DNA from: a virus
Length of the DNA stretch: 64,000 nucleotides
IMG/VR virus record: IMGVR_UViG_3300030041_000010
Direction: 5' to 3' (one strand)
The notes beneath the pieces are model-generated. The model was not told the origin of the DNA. It ran no database searches and saw only the letters and a program-made list of their open reading frames with translations. Numbering within the stretch: position 1 is the first letter of the stretch; each line of letters begins with the position of its first letter. Shown piece after piece: positions 22,731 to 32,364 of this stretch. A program made the position numbers and the translations under genes.

Positions 22731-23210
22731 ATGGGAAACCCTGAAAATATCTTGGCAGTCCGTATCGGCCCGACAGAGCAGTTGGGTATGGGCGTTGACA
22801 CTGGCCTCCGGGCGGTGCTGGCTGTCAATTTTATTCGGGCGGATGTCCAATCTTACACTTGCTATGGTCAGTCTCTGTATATGATTCATTACGACGTGGG
22901 GCAACTCACGGTACAGGATTCGTTCGCGTTCTTCTGTCGGCAGTTTTACAATAAGTCTTTCGAGTGGGATCAGCTAAGTGCCCCTCCGCCTAATCCCCTC
23001 CTTCAAAACTCTCGCGTTTACCTCATTCCCGTGCCTCAAGCCCCTCCTCCGGTAGCCATAGGTATGATGACCCTCCTCTCTTCGGGTTATGACCCTCTTA
23101 AGGGTTTCTGGCTTCAGTTTGAGGGGAGTTTTGACCTCACCTGTCCTCTTTTCAAGGGGTTTACAGGGGTCAACAGGAACATCCCGAATTACCAAATTAG
23201 AATCGGCTAG
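22731..23210 (+). CDS. Hypothetical protein
   Basis: 159-aa ORF directly after the previous stop. Confidence 0.5.
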   Translation: MGNPENILAVRIGPTEQLGMGVDTGLRAVLAVNFIRADVQSYTCYGQSLYMIHYDVGQLTVQDSFAFFCRQFYNKSFEWDQLSAPPPNPLLQNSRVYLIPVPQAPPPVAIGMMTLLSSGYDPLKGFWLQFEGSFDLTCPLFKGFTGVNRNIPNYQIRIG

Positions 23211-23277
23211 ATTAGCCTCGAAATTCCCTCAAAAACACCCCTAAATTCAACTATCGAAGCCATTGTAGGGGGTTCCT

Positions 23278-23889
23278 ATGGCATTGAACTGGCGAGGCGC
23301 ATGGAGTGCGGGGTTAACGTATCAAGTTAATGATGTGGTGTTTTATCTTACAGCGTCTTACGTCGCTGTGGACATCAACACCAACCATGCTCCGATACAA
23401 GCTAACATTGGATCATATTGGGAAACATTTGCGGTTGGGGCACAGGGAGCCCAAGGCTCCCAAGGTATTCAAGGTGCCACAGGCGTTGCGGGGGCTACTG
23501 GAGCAACCGGAGCCACAGGCAGCACAGGAGCTACCGGCCAAGGCTTTACATGGCGTAATGCGTGGTCTTCTGTTGTCACTTACAATGCCTATGATTGTGT
23601 TTCCTATACAAACGGTAACTCCTACATCTGTATCTCCAGCAGTGTCCTTGACATCATTCCCGGAACGGATGGGTCTAAGTGGAATCTTCTTGCTCAAGGA
23701 ACCGTTGGAGTAGCGGCATCCCAAACCTACAGCGTAGCAGGGACGGCTCTTCCAGCGGCATCGGGACTAACTGGAGCACGGGCGTTTGTCAGTGATGCTA
23801 CAGCCAATACGTTTGGCACAGCCTATACGGGCAGTGGAAGTCATACTGTGCCTGTGTGGTGTGACGGTACAACTTGGTACATCGGGTAA
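23278..23889 (+). CDS. Collagen-like fibre protein with carbohydrate-binding-like modules
   Basis: Run of G-X-Y triplets (GAQGAQGSQGIQGATG...) flanked by W.GAW....Y..ND.V modules. Confidence 0.75.
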   Translation: MALNWRGAWSAGLTYQVNDVVFYLTASYVAVDINTNHAPIQANIGSYWETFAVGAQGAQGSQGIQGATGVAGATGATGATGSTGATGQGFTWRNAWSSVVTYNAYDCVSYTNGNSYICISSSVLDIIPGTDGSKWNLLAQGTVGVAASQTYSVAGTALPAASGLTGARAFVSDATANTFGTAYTGSGSHTVPVWCDGTTWYIG

Positions 23890-23899
23890 GAAGGTAAAA

Positions 23900-26017
23900 A
23901 TGTACAACCCCCTTTTAACGAAGAACGCCAAGAATCGCTTCTCATATCCTGACGCCGACTACTGGGAGGCGAAGGTGGGTCCGAAGAGCATGTCTAAGGT
24001 CTACCTCGACAAGTATCGTGGTGGTCTATTTGATGGCGGCAAGGATTTCCCTCAGGCTATGCGTGACTATGTGAAAAATACAGTGTTCGCCTCTGTGACG
24101 GCCTCCTCTACGATGAATTCCGATGCCGATAAATTTTTGTACGGCATCGCAAAAGCAATCGGCGGTCGGTTGATTTCGAGCACTACGATACCCTCCTACA
24201 TCGAAACCCCTAACGGGATGCTGATTCACCTCAATGTTGAAGAAGGGGGGTTGGCAACCTTCTGGAATGAACAGACCACCAATGAATCAAATGCATTCCC
24301 AATGGATGACCTAGATGCGGCCATCGAAGCGGCTCGGTCGATTTTACCGATTCCCAAATTACCCTCACGGAAGAGGAATTTGATGGATGACCTCTTTAAC
24401 CCGAAGAAGCCTCGCAAGGCTCCTCTGTTTACTAAAGAGGATAAAACCTTTCTGCATAGTGTTGGTATCAAAGCATCCCTTAAACCTGTATGGGATAGAG
24501 CAATCAATGCTGGAATGCTTCAGTTTGCTTCCAATCGTTACACCTTCACTAAGGATGCCAGTGTTGCAATTCGCTCTGGCCTCAAGGACAGCGTTGTACG
24601 AGTCAACTGTGCTTTGAACCGGCTCCACATTCCGAAGCGTGCCTCAGCCCATGAGGCTGCGGTGAAGGAGATGGCATGGACAGTGGTCACCAGTAATCGC
24701 AAGCTGGATAAAATGGGACGCCTTGCAAAGAAAGCAGCGAATGCTACTCATATCCTCTATGATGCCGGTCCAACAAGCTACACAGTTCGTGTCATGCGAG
24801 GGAACAGCACTATTGATGAGTACAACGGAGGCAACTCCCCTTTTGATTCCACGAGTCAATTCAATCGCACAAATGACGACGCTATTGAATACCGGCGACT
24901 GCTTGAACTCGCTGAGCAAACCGCCAAAGAGTATGCAGTGGAATATGGTGTGCCTGAAAATATGATTGACCATGATGAAGACCTCATGGCAGAAGAACGT
25001 GAGGAAGCTGGCATGGATTTTACGACAGAAGATAAGGATGAACTCCGCTCGATGGGTATTAAGGGATCAAAAGACCGTCAAGCATCAGCTAAGCCAAAAT
25101 GCCCTCACTGCGGTGCATCCAAGTATGTGCTTATGCCCACCGATTTTGAAACCGCCAAGTGCAGCGAGTGTGGCAAGAATTGGGATCATGGCATTGTTCC
25201 GGGCATCAATGACCCTAGTGATAAGACCGCCTCAAGCTCCAAGAAAACATTGAAGCTAACCAGTAAGTTCCTGCAACCTAAAAAGGGTGAATTCACACCT
25301 GAAGAAGCCAAGGAATTTCAAGAGCAGAATCAGGGCAGCAAGATAGAACTCAACAAGGGAGCATCATGGGAAGATGGATTGTCTAATGAAGACTGTCCAC
25401 TGCCAGACCGCGACCGCTGCAACACAACTGACGCTGATACATGCTGCGGCGGCGGTTTTGCTTATGATGACAAACGTAACTGGGTTGGTGTCCCCTGCCC
25501 ATGCAAGGACTGCCACCCACCCCTGATGGGAACCGACCATCCGCACGCTGAATTTATCAAGAAGAAATTCGAACAGGTGAGCAGCCAGAAAACTGCCAAC
25601 GTGTACAGGGTTGAGAAGGGCGGAGATGGGGAATGGTACATCCGTGGTCTCAAGGAAGGTGACAGCCCGGACACGTTTATCATGCCCGGTATGAATCACT
25701 CTATTCGTAATCCTAAAGGGTTGACTCAAGGGGTTTACGAAGAAATTTATGCTGAACTACAAACCAATGACAATCTCAAAGAAGGGGACATATTTGAAAC
25801 TCCTGTTGGTCAGTTCATTTGTCAAGGATTTCACGTCCTGCCCCTTGATGATACGGCGAAGGCCGCGCTCAAAGAGGTTGATGAGCAGTACCAGTGTGTT
25901 ACCTGTGGCTGTGACCAAGGCGACCATCGTGTGACCCATGATGGGGAGTTCACTGATTACATGGAATGCAAGAACCATCCGAATGAATGTAGGGAATTCA
26001 AGAAGCAAGTTGGGTAA
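23900..26017 (+). CDS. Multidomain cargo-like protein with Zn ribbons and K-x-A linkers
   Basis: ATG after AAGG; CPHCG..CSECG ribbons; repeated linker motifs. Confidence 0.6.
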   Translation: MYNPLLTKNAKNRFSYPDADYWEAKVGPKSMSKVYLDKYRGGLFDGGKDFPQAMRDYVKNTVFASVTASSTMNSDADKFLYGIAKAIGGRLISSTTIPSYIETPNGMLIHLNVEEGGLATFWNEQTTNESNAFPMDDLDAAIEAARSILPIPKLPSRKRNLMDDLFNPKKPRKAPLFTKEDKTFLHSVGIKASLKPVWDRAINAGMLQFASNRYTFTKDASVAIRSGLKDSVVRVNCALNRLHIPKRASAHEAAVKEMAWTVVTSNRKLDKMGRLAKKAANATHILYDAGPTSYTVRVMRGNSTIDEYNGGNSPFDSTSQFNRTNDDAIEYRRLLELAEQTAKEYAVEYGVPENMIDHDEDLMAEEREEAGMDFTTEDKDELRSMGIKGSKDRQASAKPKCPHCGASKYVLMPTDFETAKCSECGKNWDHGIVPGINDPSDKTASSSKKTLKLTSKFLQPKKGEFTPEEAKEFQEQNQGSKIELNKGASWEDGLSNEDCPLPDRDRCNTTDADTCCGGGFAYDDKRNWVGVPCPCKDCHPPLMGTDHPHAEFIKKKFEQVSSQKTANVYRVEKGGDGEWYIRGLKEGDSPDTFIMPGMNHSIRNPKGLTQGVYEEIYAELQTNDNLKEGDIFETPVGQFICQGFHVLPLDDTAKAALKEVDEQYQCVTCGCDQGDHRVTHDGEFTDYMECKNHPNECREFKKQVG

Positions 26018-26029
26018 GAGAGGTTAACG

Positions 26030-27337
26030 ATGGCTTTTACATCTAAGCTCCTTAAGAAAGCGTGGGAAGGTGAGCGGTTCTCCTACTTTGGTATGGAGTT
26101 CAACGTCGAAAAAGCGGAGCAAATAATCGCTTCAAACCCCCGTCCCCCACAGAAGGCCCCTAAAACATTTCTTGAGGCGTTCGTTGGCACGCAGGAGCAG
26201 GATAAGAAGGAAGAGGAAGAAGGTAGCTTCAGCATGTTCAATGTGGGGTTGAACCGGAACCATGTTCAAGAAGTTGATGAGAACAAGCCGGGAATCATAG
26301 CTGCGATTGCTTACAAGCCGACAAAGGGATACCCCGAGACCAAAACTAACTTCATCCTCATTGATGGCAACCATCGAGCGAAGAAGCGTCTTCGGATGGG
26401 GTTGGATGACATGGAGGTTTATGTGCTGACGCCTGAAGAAAGCTGGCAGGTCATGGCACCCTACACCTACGCTGGTTTGTTAAAGAACCTTGTCAATCCA
26501 AGTCAGAAGCCAGCCAAGCCGCGTACTCCAAAACCAAAATCAGATAAACCCAGCAAGGCTGATGCACGAAGAGCCGACCTGCAAGCTCGTCTTGACTTCA
26601 TCAATACGAACTACGTTCCCGGTCGTGCTCGTGCAACCATGGAAGCGTATCTCGAAAAGTTCGGGGAGCCAATGTGGAATGATGTCTTCTTTGAAGAGAA
26701 GCAATATCTTGAGTCGGAGCTTAAGAAGAAAAAGGGAGCGTTTGTTCACGACCCCAACAACACCAGCCCTCCCATCGTTGAGCATAAGCAGTATTACGCT
26801 GTTGAACAAAAAGGAAACCGAGTGTCGGAGGTAGGCACCTATGACCAATGTGTAGATTGGTTGAACGCTCACTCGGGTTTTGTGCGACCGTACAACGATA
26901 AAGGTTGGAAGAGAAAAGGCTATTCCATAATCCCTGTCGAAAACGAAATCCCTCCTATTTCTTTCAGCGATGAAGATAGGGCATGGATGGAGGCTATGGG
27001 TATTCGGCAAGCTAAGAAAGCATACTGGGATGAAGAGGAAGATGATTATCGAGGCTGTATTGGTGATTACACATTCGCTACAAATTGTGTAAGCTCTGAC
27101 GGCGAATCCATCATTGACATGGTAGACATAAGCCGGGAAGTGTCTTACAACCTCATTAAGAAGCACTGTAAGGGGTTGCGTCGGTGGGAGGCGGAGCAGG
27201 GTTACTTGAAAGATGGCTCCCGAGGGCTCACACTTCGGAATGATTATGCGGTGTCCTTTTATAAGAGCAAGTACCGGGGTCAGGATTGTTACTACGTCAA
27301 ATGGTCGGGTATTGAGTGGGTTTGGGTGAAGCGATGA
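26030..27337 (+). CDS. Multidomain protein with N-terminal ParB/Srx-like domain
   Basis: ILIDGNHR motif; SD GAGG. Confidence 0.6.
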   Translation: MAFTSKLLKKAWEGERFSYFGMEFNVEKAEQIIASNPRPPQKAPKTFLEAFVGTQEQDKKEEEEGSFSMFNVGLNRNHVQEVDENKPGIIAAIAYKPTKGYPETKTNFILIDGNHRAKKRLRMGLDDMEVYVLTPEESWQVMAPYTYAGLLKNLVNPSQKPAKPRTPKPKSDKPSKADARRADLQARLDFINTNYVPGRARATMEAYLEKFGEPMWNDVFFEEKQYLESELKKKKGAFVHDPNNTSPPIVEHKQYYAVEQKGNRVSEVGTYDQCVDWLNAHSGFVRPYNDKGWKRKGYSIIPVENEIPPISFSDEDRAWMEAMGIRQAKKAYWDEEEDDYRGCIGDYTFATNCVSSDGESIIDMVDISREVSYNLIKKHCKGLRRWEAEQGYLKDGSRGLTLRNDYAVSFYKSKYRGQDCYYVKWSGIEWVWVKR

Positions 27338-27350
27338 AAGCGAGGGTGTA

Positions 27351-28687
27351 ATGAAATTCATAGCCAAATTCTTGACCGCTGCATTCCAAGACCCCTTTCT
27401 CAAGAAGGCTCTACCCTTGAACACTGATTTTGATAATTACATTGAGAGGAAGCCACAAAACTTAAAAACAGGGGCTACCAAGACGGCTCTGCCCCAGTCT
27501 CATCGTATCAGTCTGCAAGATGCCCAAGACCGCAAGCTGTTCGGTCCCGTATACCATGGCACAACGTCGGCAGGTCGTAAGGCTATCGACACAGGGGGTT
27601 TCAAGATATTCGAAGGTGAAGAGGGTTCGGGGGACATTCGCAATGGCTATCGCGGCAACCAAGCTTACAGTCTCAAGCACCCCGGCGTTCCTGCCCTGTT
27701 CATCACCTTGGTTATGGTGTATATTTTACGACCAGCCAGAGCGTAGCCAAGATGTTTAATGAGAATTCCACCAAAGGGATGAAGACTTACTATCTCAATG
27801 TGTCTAACTGCGAAACTATTAACTTCGCCGTCCCTCACACCATGATGAATTGGTGGATTAAGAATGGCTATGACCCTGAGTTAGCTAAGAAAGACCGGGT
27901 AGCTGCAACTAAGAAAATGACTGAGCATTTAAAGTCTCAGTGGGATGCGGTATGGTTCAGGGGTCAGGGACTTCGTAAGTTTCTCGATGGCGACCAAATT
28001 TGTGTGTATGACCCGAGTCGAGTCTACGAGATTGACCCCACACTTTCCAAGCCCGGAGACATCGGCTCCAAGGTTCGTCGGAAATCTGATGGAATGAAGG
28101 GTGTTATCCGCAGGGTTCGAAACCTTGAGCCTGAACAATCGCGACTCTACCATGGCGGAACGAAACGACTCCTCGAAGTCAAATGGCAGAAGGGGTTGGA
28201 TTACAACGTTAAAGATTCGGATGTGGACTTCCTAGAATCCCGCGTCCCATACAAGACGGCATCAGGTGGTCTCGTTGCGAAGCTTACCGCTTTCCGCCCT
28301 CAGCTTGCCGCCATTGCTCAAAGGATATATGACGAATGGGATGCATCCGATGAGGACTACGGAGATGCTGAGGTTGGCTTCGGTGGCATCTGTCATCTCA
28401 TTGCGGATGGATGGCAAGACCTACTAATCAACCAAGGATACGCCGCCACCACGTGGACACACTCTGATGTACAACATGTCAGCCTCATGGTGTGGGAATA
28501 CGAGAACGAAGATGAGAATGGTCAGTCCGAAGTTGTAGATGTGGATTTGAATCCTTACACATATGAGACTGGCGGGGGCTTCGAGTGGAAGAAGATACCA
28601 AATGTAACTATCGACCCAAGTGACATCACGTTTTATCGGCAGTTTATGAGCCCGGAGAATCTCGAAGCCTTACAAGAAGGGTATTAG
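27351..28687 (+). pseudogene. ADP-ribosyltransferase-like multidomain gene split by a -1 frameshift near 27695
   Basis: YHGT is in frame 1; its partner LGYGVYFT is in the -1 frame, contiguous with ORF 27752..28687. Confidence 0.6.
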
Positions 28688-28689
28688 AC

Positions 28690-28926
28690 ATGATGGGTAT
28701 AGGCTGGAGTGTAGCTGTCTTCGTTTGGTTGATGGGCATGTGGCAAACCTACCGCGTCAATCAGGCCATCATTGAAATCGAGTATCGCGAAACCATGAAC
28801 AACGACCGAACATTTTTCGTCATGGTCTGCCTCTATTCCATGTTGACCATCGTGCTCTGGCCGGTTGTGCAGTTGTTCTCCATGCAGCACGCCTTCTCTC
28901 ACAGTGGCGAGGGTGAAGAAGAATAG
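28690..28926 (+). CDS. Small membrane protein
   Basis: Two hydrophobic segments. Confidence 0.5.
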   Translation: MMGIGWSVAVFVWLMGMWQTYRVNQAIIEIEYRETMNNDRTFFVMVCLYSMLTIVLWPVVQLFSMQHAFSHSGEGEEE

Positions 28927-28956
28927 TTGACAAAGTTTTTCGAATACGGGTATTAT
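28927..28956 (+). promoter_or_regulatory. Sigma70-type promoter for the tmRNA
   Basis: TTGACA-N18-TATTAT immediately upstream of the acceptor piece. Confidence 0.65.
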
Positions 28957-28962
28957 TTGTAC

Positions 28963-29324
28963 ATGGTTGTTTGTCCCGCAAGGGACTGAAGACGTTCTAA
29001 ACGACATTCGGACGTGGGTCCGACTCCCACCACATCCACCAAGTTTGGTTTCATTGTTTCACCTTGGGTGTGTCACGGTTTCGACGGGTGTTCAGGCGGA
29101 AGCGGTCTACAACTCGTTTTAGTATACCTGTTCGTTCTCCGGGGAGCCGGAGAGGGTCAGCGATTCCACGCAATACGGTGGATGGCATGGCCTATACGGG
29201 AATGCAACAAAAATAAATGCGGAAACTCCTGCATACGCAATGGCTGCTTAATAACCAGCCCTGCCAAGGTTGACAGTTACCTTGTTCCCAGTCCTGTCTA
29301 GGGTGAGGCCGCGAAAGCGGCCTC
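28963..29324 (+). ncRNA. ssrA: Circularly permuted (two-piece) tmRNA; tag (A)ETPAYAMAA
   Basis: T-arm plus CACATCC-ACCA (ends 29041) lies upstream of GGGTGTG...TTCGAC (starts 29066). G3.U70 pair. Resume codon GCG 29219 after ATAAAT; TAA TAA at 29249-29254. Outer ends are approximate. Confidence 0.9.
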
Positions 29325-29340
29325 TGCCGATTAGGAGTCT

Positions 29341-29583
29341 ATGTCTCGCAGAACTCACACAACCAGAACCCGTCTTAATAATTCACACTACCCTTCATTT
29401 CAAGTGCATTGGATTGAGGATGAGGACTATGGTGGCTGGACCGGCGTGGCTCAAATCTGGAGTGATGGCAATACTAAAGATGGCGGTGAGCACAAGATCT
29501 TCGTAAGCTTTTTTTCGATATCGGAGACTGCGTGTCTTTTCTCCACAATGGAGAGAGTCTCCAAGGTAGTGACACCGAGGTGA
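29341..29583 (+). CDS. Hypothetical protein
   Basis: SD AGGAG, 80 aa. Confidence 0.5.
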   Translation: MSRRTHTTRTRLNNSHYPSFQVHWIEDEDYGGWTGVAQIWSDGNTKDGGEHKIFVSFFSISETACLFSTMERVSKVVTPR

Positions 29584-29590
29584 AACTGAC

Positions 29591-29809
29591 ATGCCGACAC
29601 GCTATATCAAACCCGAGGGCGACCGTAAGCTTGAGTTCTGGAAGACATATCGCGGCGGTCAGCACAGCGAGTTTGTAAATGTTCCGGCAGATTGGGACGA
29701 GAGCGATATTCAGGAAGAACTCGAAGACTGGTGCCGGTTCGAACTTCACAACAGTGAGTTCATGCGGTACGGCTGGAACGACGAAAAAGATTTTGGTAGT
29801 AGGAGCTAG
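29591..29809 (+). CDS. Hypothetical protein
   Basis: SD GAGGTG, 72 aa. Confidence 0.55.
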   Translation: MPTRYIKPEGDRKLEFWKTYRGGQHSEFVNVPADWDESDIQEELEDWCRFELHNSEFMRYGWNDEKDFGSRS

Positions 29810-29810
29810 A

Positions 29811-29987
29811 ATGAAAATTGAAATCGAACTTGACTTTAACGACCTCATGTTGTTGGGTGCAAATGGAACCATTCAAAAAGGAGATTCGACGGTGACTATC
29901 AACCGTCCTGTTCTCCCTGAAATTGAAGGGGGTAAGGTTATTTTCAGACTTGATAACACCGACCCCCGGTCTTCCGAATTCCGCTAG
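29811..29987 (+). CDS. Hypothetical protein
   Basis: SD AGGAG; begins MKIEIELDF. Confidence 0.5.
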   Translation: MKIEIELDFNDLMLLGANGTIQKGDSTVTINRPVLPEIEGGKVIFRLDNTDPRSSEFR

Positions 29988-30628
29988 GCTGCATACTGCA
30001 ACGCTGTCTCAACTATCTCTCGGTTGCACTCTAACCAACCCACGAGTGTGTTGCAGCGGCTGCAAAGCAAGCCCCTCGCACACTCACCACATGACCCCTC
30101 TCCTGCACAGCATCTATGGTCGTGGTCTAAGCACAACACCCGGCCCTCTTCGGGCGGTGTGTGGCAGATGGCACACCCTCCGTTTTGCTTTTGCAGTGTG
30201 GTTGTGTACCATTCGTACGGAAGGTGGTGCGACCTTTCAAAGTTCTGTTCTCGGCAGCATTGCCTACATGAGCCGCGCTTCCCGGTGTGGAACGCCGATT
30301 GTGGAAGAAATGATTTATGCCTCGCACACCAGCGGTTGCCTTTGTTACTTTCACAATCTTCAGCCGACACTCCGTGTTTTGCCAATTTACTCAGTCGAAG
30401 TTTAAGTTTGTGGTTTTCGGATTTACTTACTAGAGGCCCTCCGCGCCCTCTGACGATGTTGGAAGTATCAAGACCCAACTCTTCTATGGTTTTCCAGAAT
30501 GTGCGGTGGTTCCCGGTACCATTGGTTAGTCCAAATTTATGAAGAATTTGACAAACATGAGTGGACTCGGTAATAATCGTTTGTAGTTCAACTGGAGTTA
30601 CAGATTTCAAAGTAGCATATTTTTGCAC
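29984..30628 (-). CDS. Endonuclease VII-family (HNH-like) homing endonuclease
   Basis: QNGGCAIC...LDHDH...RGLLCSRCNTLVG. Confidence 0.85.
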   Translation of the reverse strand: MQKYATLKSVTPVELQTIITESTHVCQILHKFGLTNGTGNHRTFWKTIEELGLDTSNIVRGRGGPLVSKSENHKLKLRLSKLAKHGVSAEDCESNKGNRWCARHKSFLPQSAFHTGKRGSCRQCCREQNFERSHHLPYEWYTTTLQKQNGGCAICHTPPEEGRVLCLDHDHRCCAGEGSCGECARGLLCSRCNTLVGWLECNREIVETALQYAA

Positions 30629-30654
30629 GGTAGCCTCAAGGAGGGGCTAAATGT

Positions 30655-31023
30655 ATGACCTAGCTGAATGACCCCTACATCTATGTATTTGTTAGACAAG
30701 ATTTTCCCAAAGATAATCTTGCCCAACAGATAGTCCAATCCAACCACGCCACTTTCGAGATGGCAAAACGACTCACCGACTACAATGAAACACCTTCGGT
30801 TGTCCTCATCGGTATCCCCGACAAGTCATCCCTTGAAGCCGTAGCCGCTAGGCTCACGCGCTATGGTATCGCATTCGAGGCTTTTTATGAGCCTGACTAC
30901 GACCTTGGCCTCACCGCTATCGCCACATACCCCATCACTAATAAGAAGCAGCGTCGTGCTCTTGGTACGTACAAGCTTTGGTCTCCACAGGAATCAACTC
31001 TCCTGTTACAGGAGGCGGCATAA
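30655..31023 (+). CDS. Pth2-like peptidyl-tRNA hydrolase with an in-frame TAG at codon 3
   Basis: SD AAGGAGG, then ATG ACC TAG CTG AAT...; YIYVFVRQD...QQIVQSNHA...FYEPD...LTAIAT resembles Pth2-like proteins. Confidence 0.65.
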
Positions 31024-31379
31024 TGGCTATTCAATGCTCCATCAAAGGGTGCCCTAACGATAAGGCTTGGGCGATTGTCAGCGACAAAGCTGTCCATCGC
31101 ATTACCTTCAGCAAGGCGCTTGCCGACCACGCTGTGAAGCTTTCCAGCCTTCCCTATCATGTGGAGCGTGTCTCCATCAGGGAAGGCAGCAAGGAGCTTC
31201 AGAAGGGTGAGGTCTCATCCACCGGGCTCTATGCCATCATCGACCGCAGGAAGGGCAAGATACTCCGCGTGGCTCTCCATCAGACTATCGCTGAGATTCT
31301 CGCCGCCGACTACAAGAACCGTAAAGTCACGGAAGCTTTCATCATCCGTGAAAGAGAGGAGGTTGCCTGTGCAGCCTAA
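31023..31379 (+). CDS. Hypothetical protein with an internal duplication
   Basis: SD GGAGG; WAIV...RITFSKALA and YAII...RVALHQTIA. Confidence 0.5.
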   Translation: MAIQCSIKGCPNDKAWAIVSDKAVHRITFSKALADHAVKLSSLPYHVERVSIREGSKELQKGEVSSTGLYAIIDRRKGKILRVALHQTIAEILAADYKNRKVTEAFIIREREEVACAA

Positions 31380-31878
31380 CGAAGTTGTACGCCTTATTGA
31401 ACCATCAGAGCCCCTCGTAGCCACCGACGAGGATATGGCGAGAAACACTCGTCTTATGGATATAGCCAAAGAAGGCTATGTCATTATCATCAAGAAGCCG
31501 AACGACGACAAGCTTTACGGGCCGGTCGAGAACTCATTCAGTCTTGGTGTGGAACCAAACCGTACGTTTCTCTACTGGTCGAGCGTCCGCTGGAACCTTG
31601 ACGCTTGGACTTGGGCTAACCGGGACTTCGAGAAGGGTAAGCAGAACAACCCCGACTGGGAGTACACCATTTACAAGGCCATGGACGAGAACCTTCCGGT
31701 GGTCATCAACTGGAATGTGTGGCTCGATGCCCACATGCCTTCCGACAAGACGTTGAGTGGGGTTAAAAGCACCTACGATTCACGTAATCTCAAGTTCACG
31801 TTGAAGGGTGAAGCAGCGGACAAGCAGAAGTTAGCACATGCTCAGTCCATGAGAGTCACGACGTATCCACTGGTCTAA
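31369..31878 (+). CDS. Hypothetical protein
   Basis: GTG start after GGAGG. Confidence 0.55.
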   Translation: MQPNEVVRLIEPSEPLVATDEDMARNTRLMDIAKEGYVIIIKKPNDDKLYGPVENSFSLGVEPNRTFLYWSSVRWNLDAWTWANRDFEKGKQNNPDWEYTIYKAMDENLPVVINWNVWLDAHMPSDKTLSGVKSTYDSRNLKFTLKGEAADKQKLAHAQSMRVTTYPLV

Positions 31879-31890
31879 GGAGTTAATGAC

Positions 31891-32364
31891 ATGAGTACAC
31901 AAGTTGAACTTCTTGTTCGTACAGACGCTCTTCGTAAAATTCTTGAAGAAGAGCCCGAGGTCAAACTTAAGCTTCAGAACATGGCTATCGAAAAGATTGC
32001 CGAGGAGCTTAAGCGTAAAGCCCAAACCATCTCTCTTGCTCAGTTTGAGTTGGAGATGCAGTCCACCATTCGGAAGTCCATCGCCGAATTCAACAAGAGC
32101 ATCACCAGCACGTACAAGTTCCCTCCCGAGGCCAAGGCTATCATTGAGTCCCTCGTCAAGGAAGCTGTACAGACGTACTTCAAGGCCGAAGTCACCCGGT
32201 GGGAGAAGGCCGTCAATGAGTTCTTCGCCGCCAAGCAAGCCGAATCCGACCGGCTTACCGAGGCGAAGGTATTTGAGGCCATCGAAAAGATGCGTCCCGC
32301 CATCAAACAACAGGCTCGTGAGGAGTTCATCGCTACTCTCGAAGCCGTGAAGGGTAAGGCATGA
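31891..32364 (+). CDS. Coiled-coil hypothetical protein
   Basis: SD AAGGAG; E/K/A-rich. Confidence 0.6.
   Translation: MSTQVELLVRTDALRKILEEEPEVKLKLQNMAIEKIAEELKRKAQTISLAQFELEMQSTIRKSIAEFNKSITSTYKFPPEAKAIIESLVKEAVQTYFKAEVTRWEKAVNEFFAAKQAESDRLTEAKVFEAIEKMRPAIKQQAREEFIATLEAVKGKA

Noticed and set aside
24306-24314. A third ATG-ACC-TAG
   Set aside because: Out of frame inside a long CDS and has no SD.
26540-27424. 294-aa minus-strand ORF and similar antisense ORFs
   Set aside because: Shadow frames of well-supported plus-strand genes, with no motifs.
13663-29987. Genome-wide TAG reassignment, or readthrough fusions at TAG-ending genes
   Set aside because: Long genes lack internal TAG. Only about a third of the TAG junctions I checked (20380, 22200, 22730) are in frame with the next gene, as expected by chance, and downstream genes mostly have their own SD.
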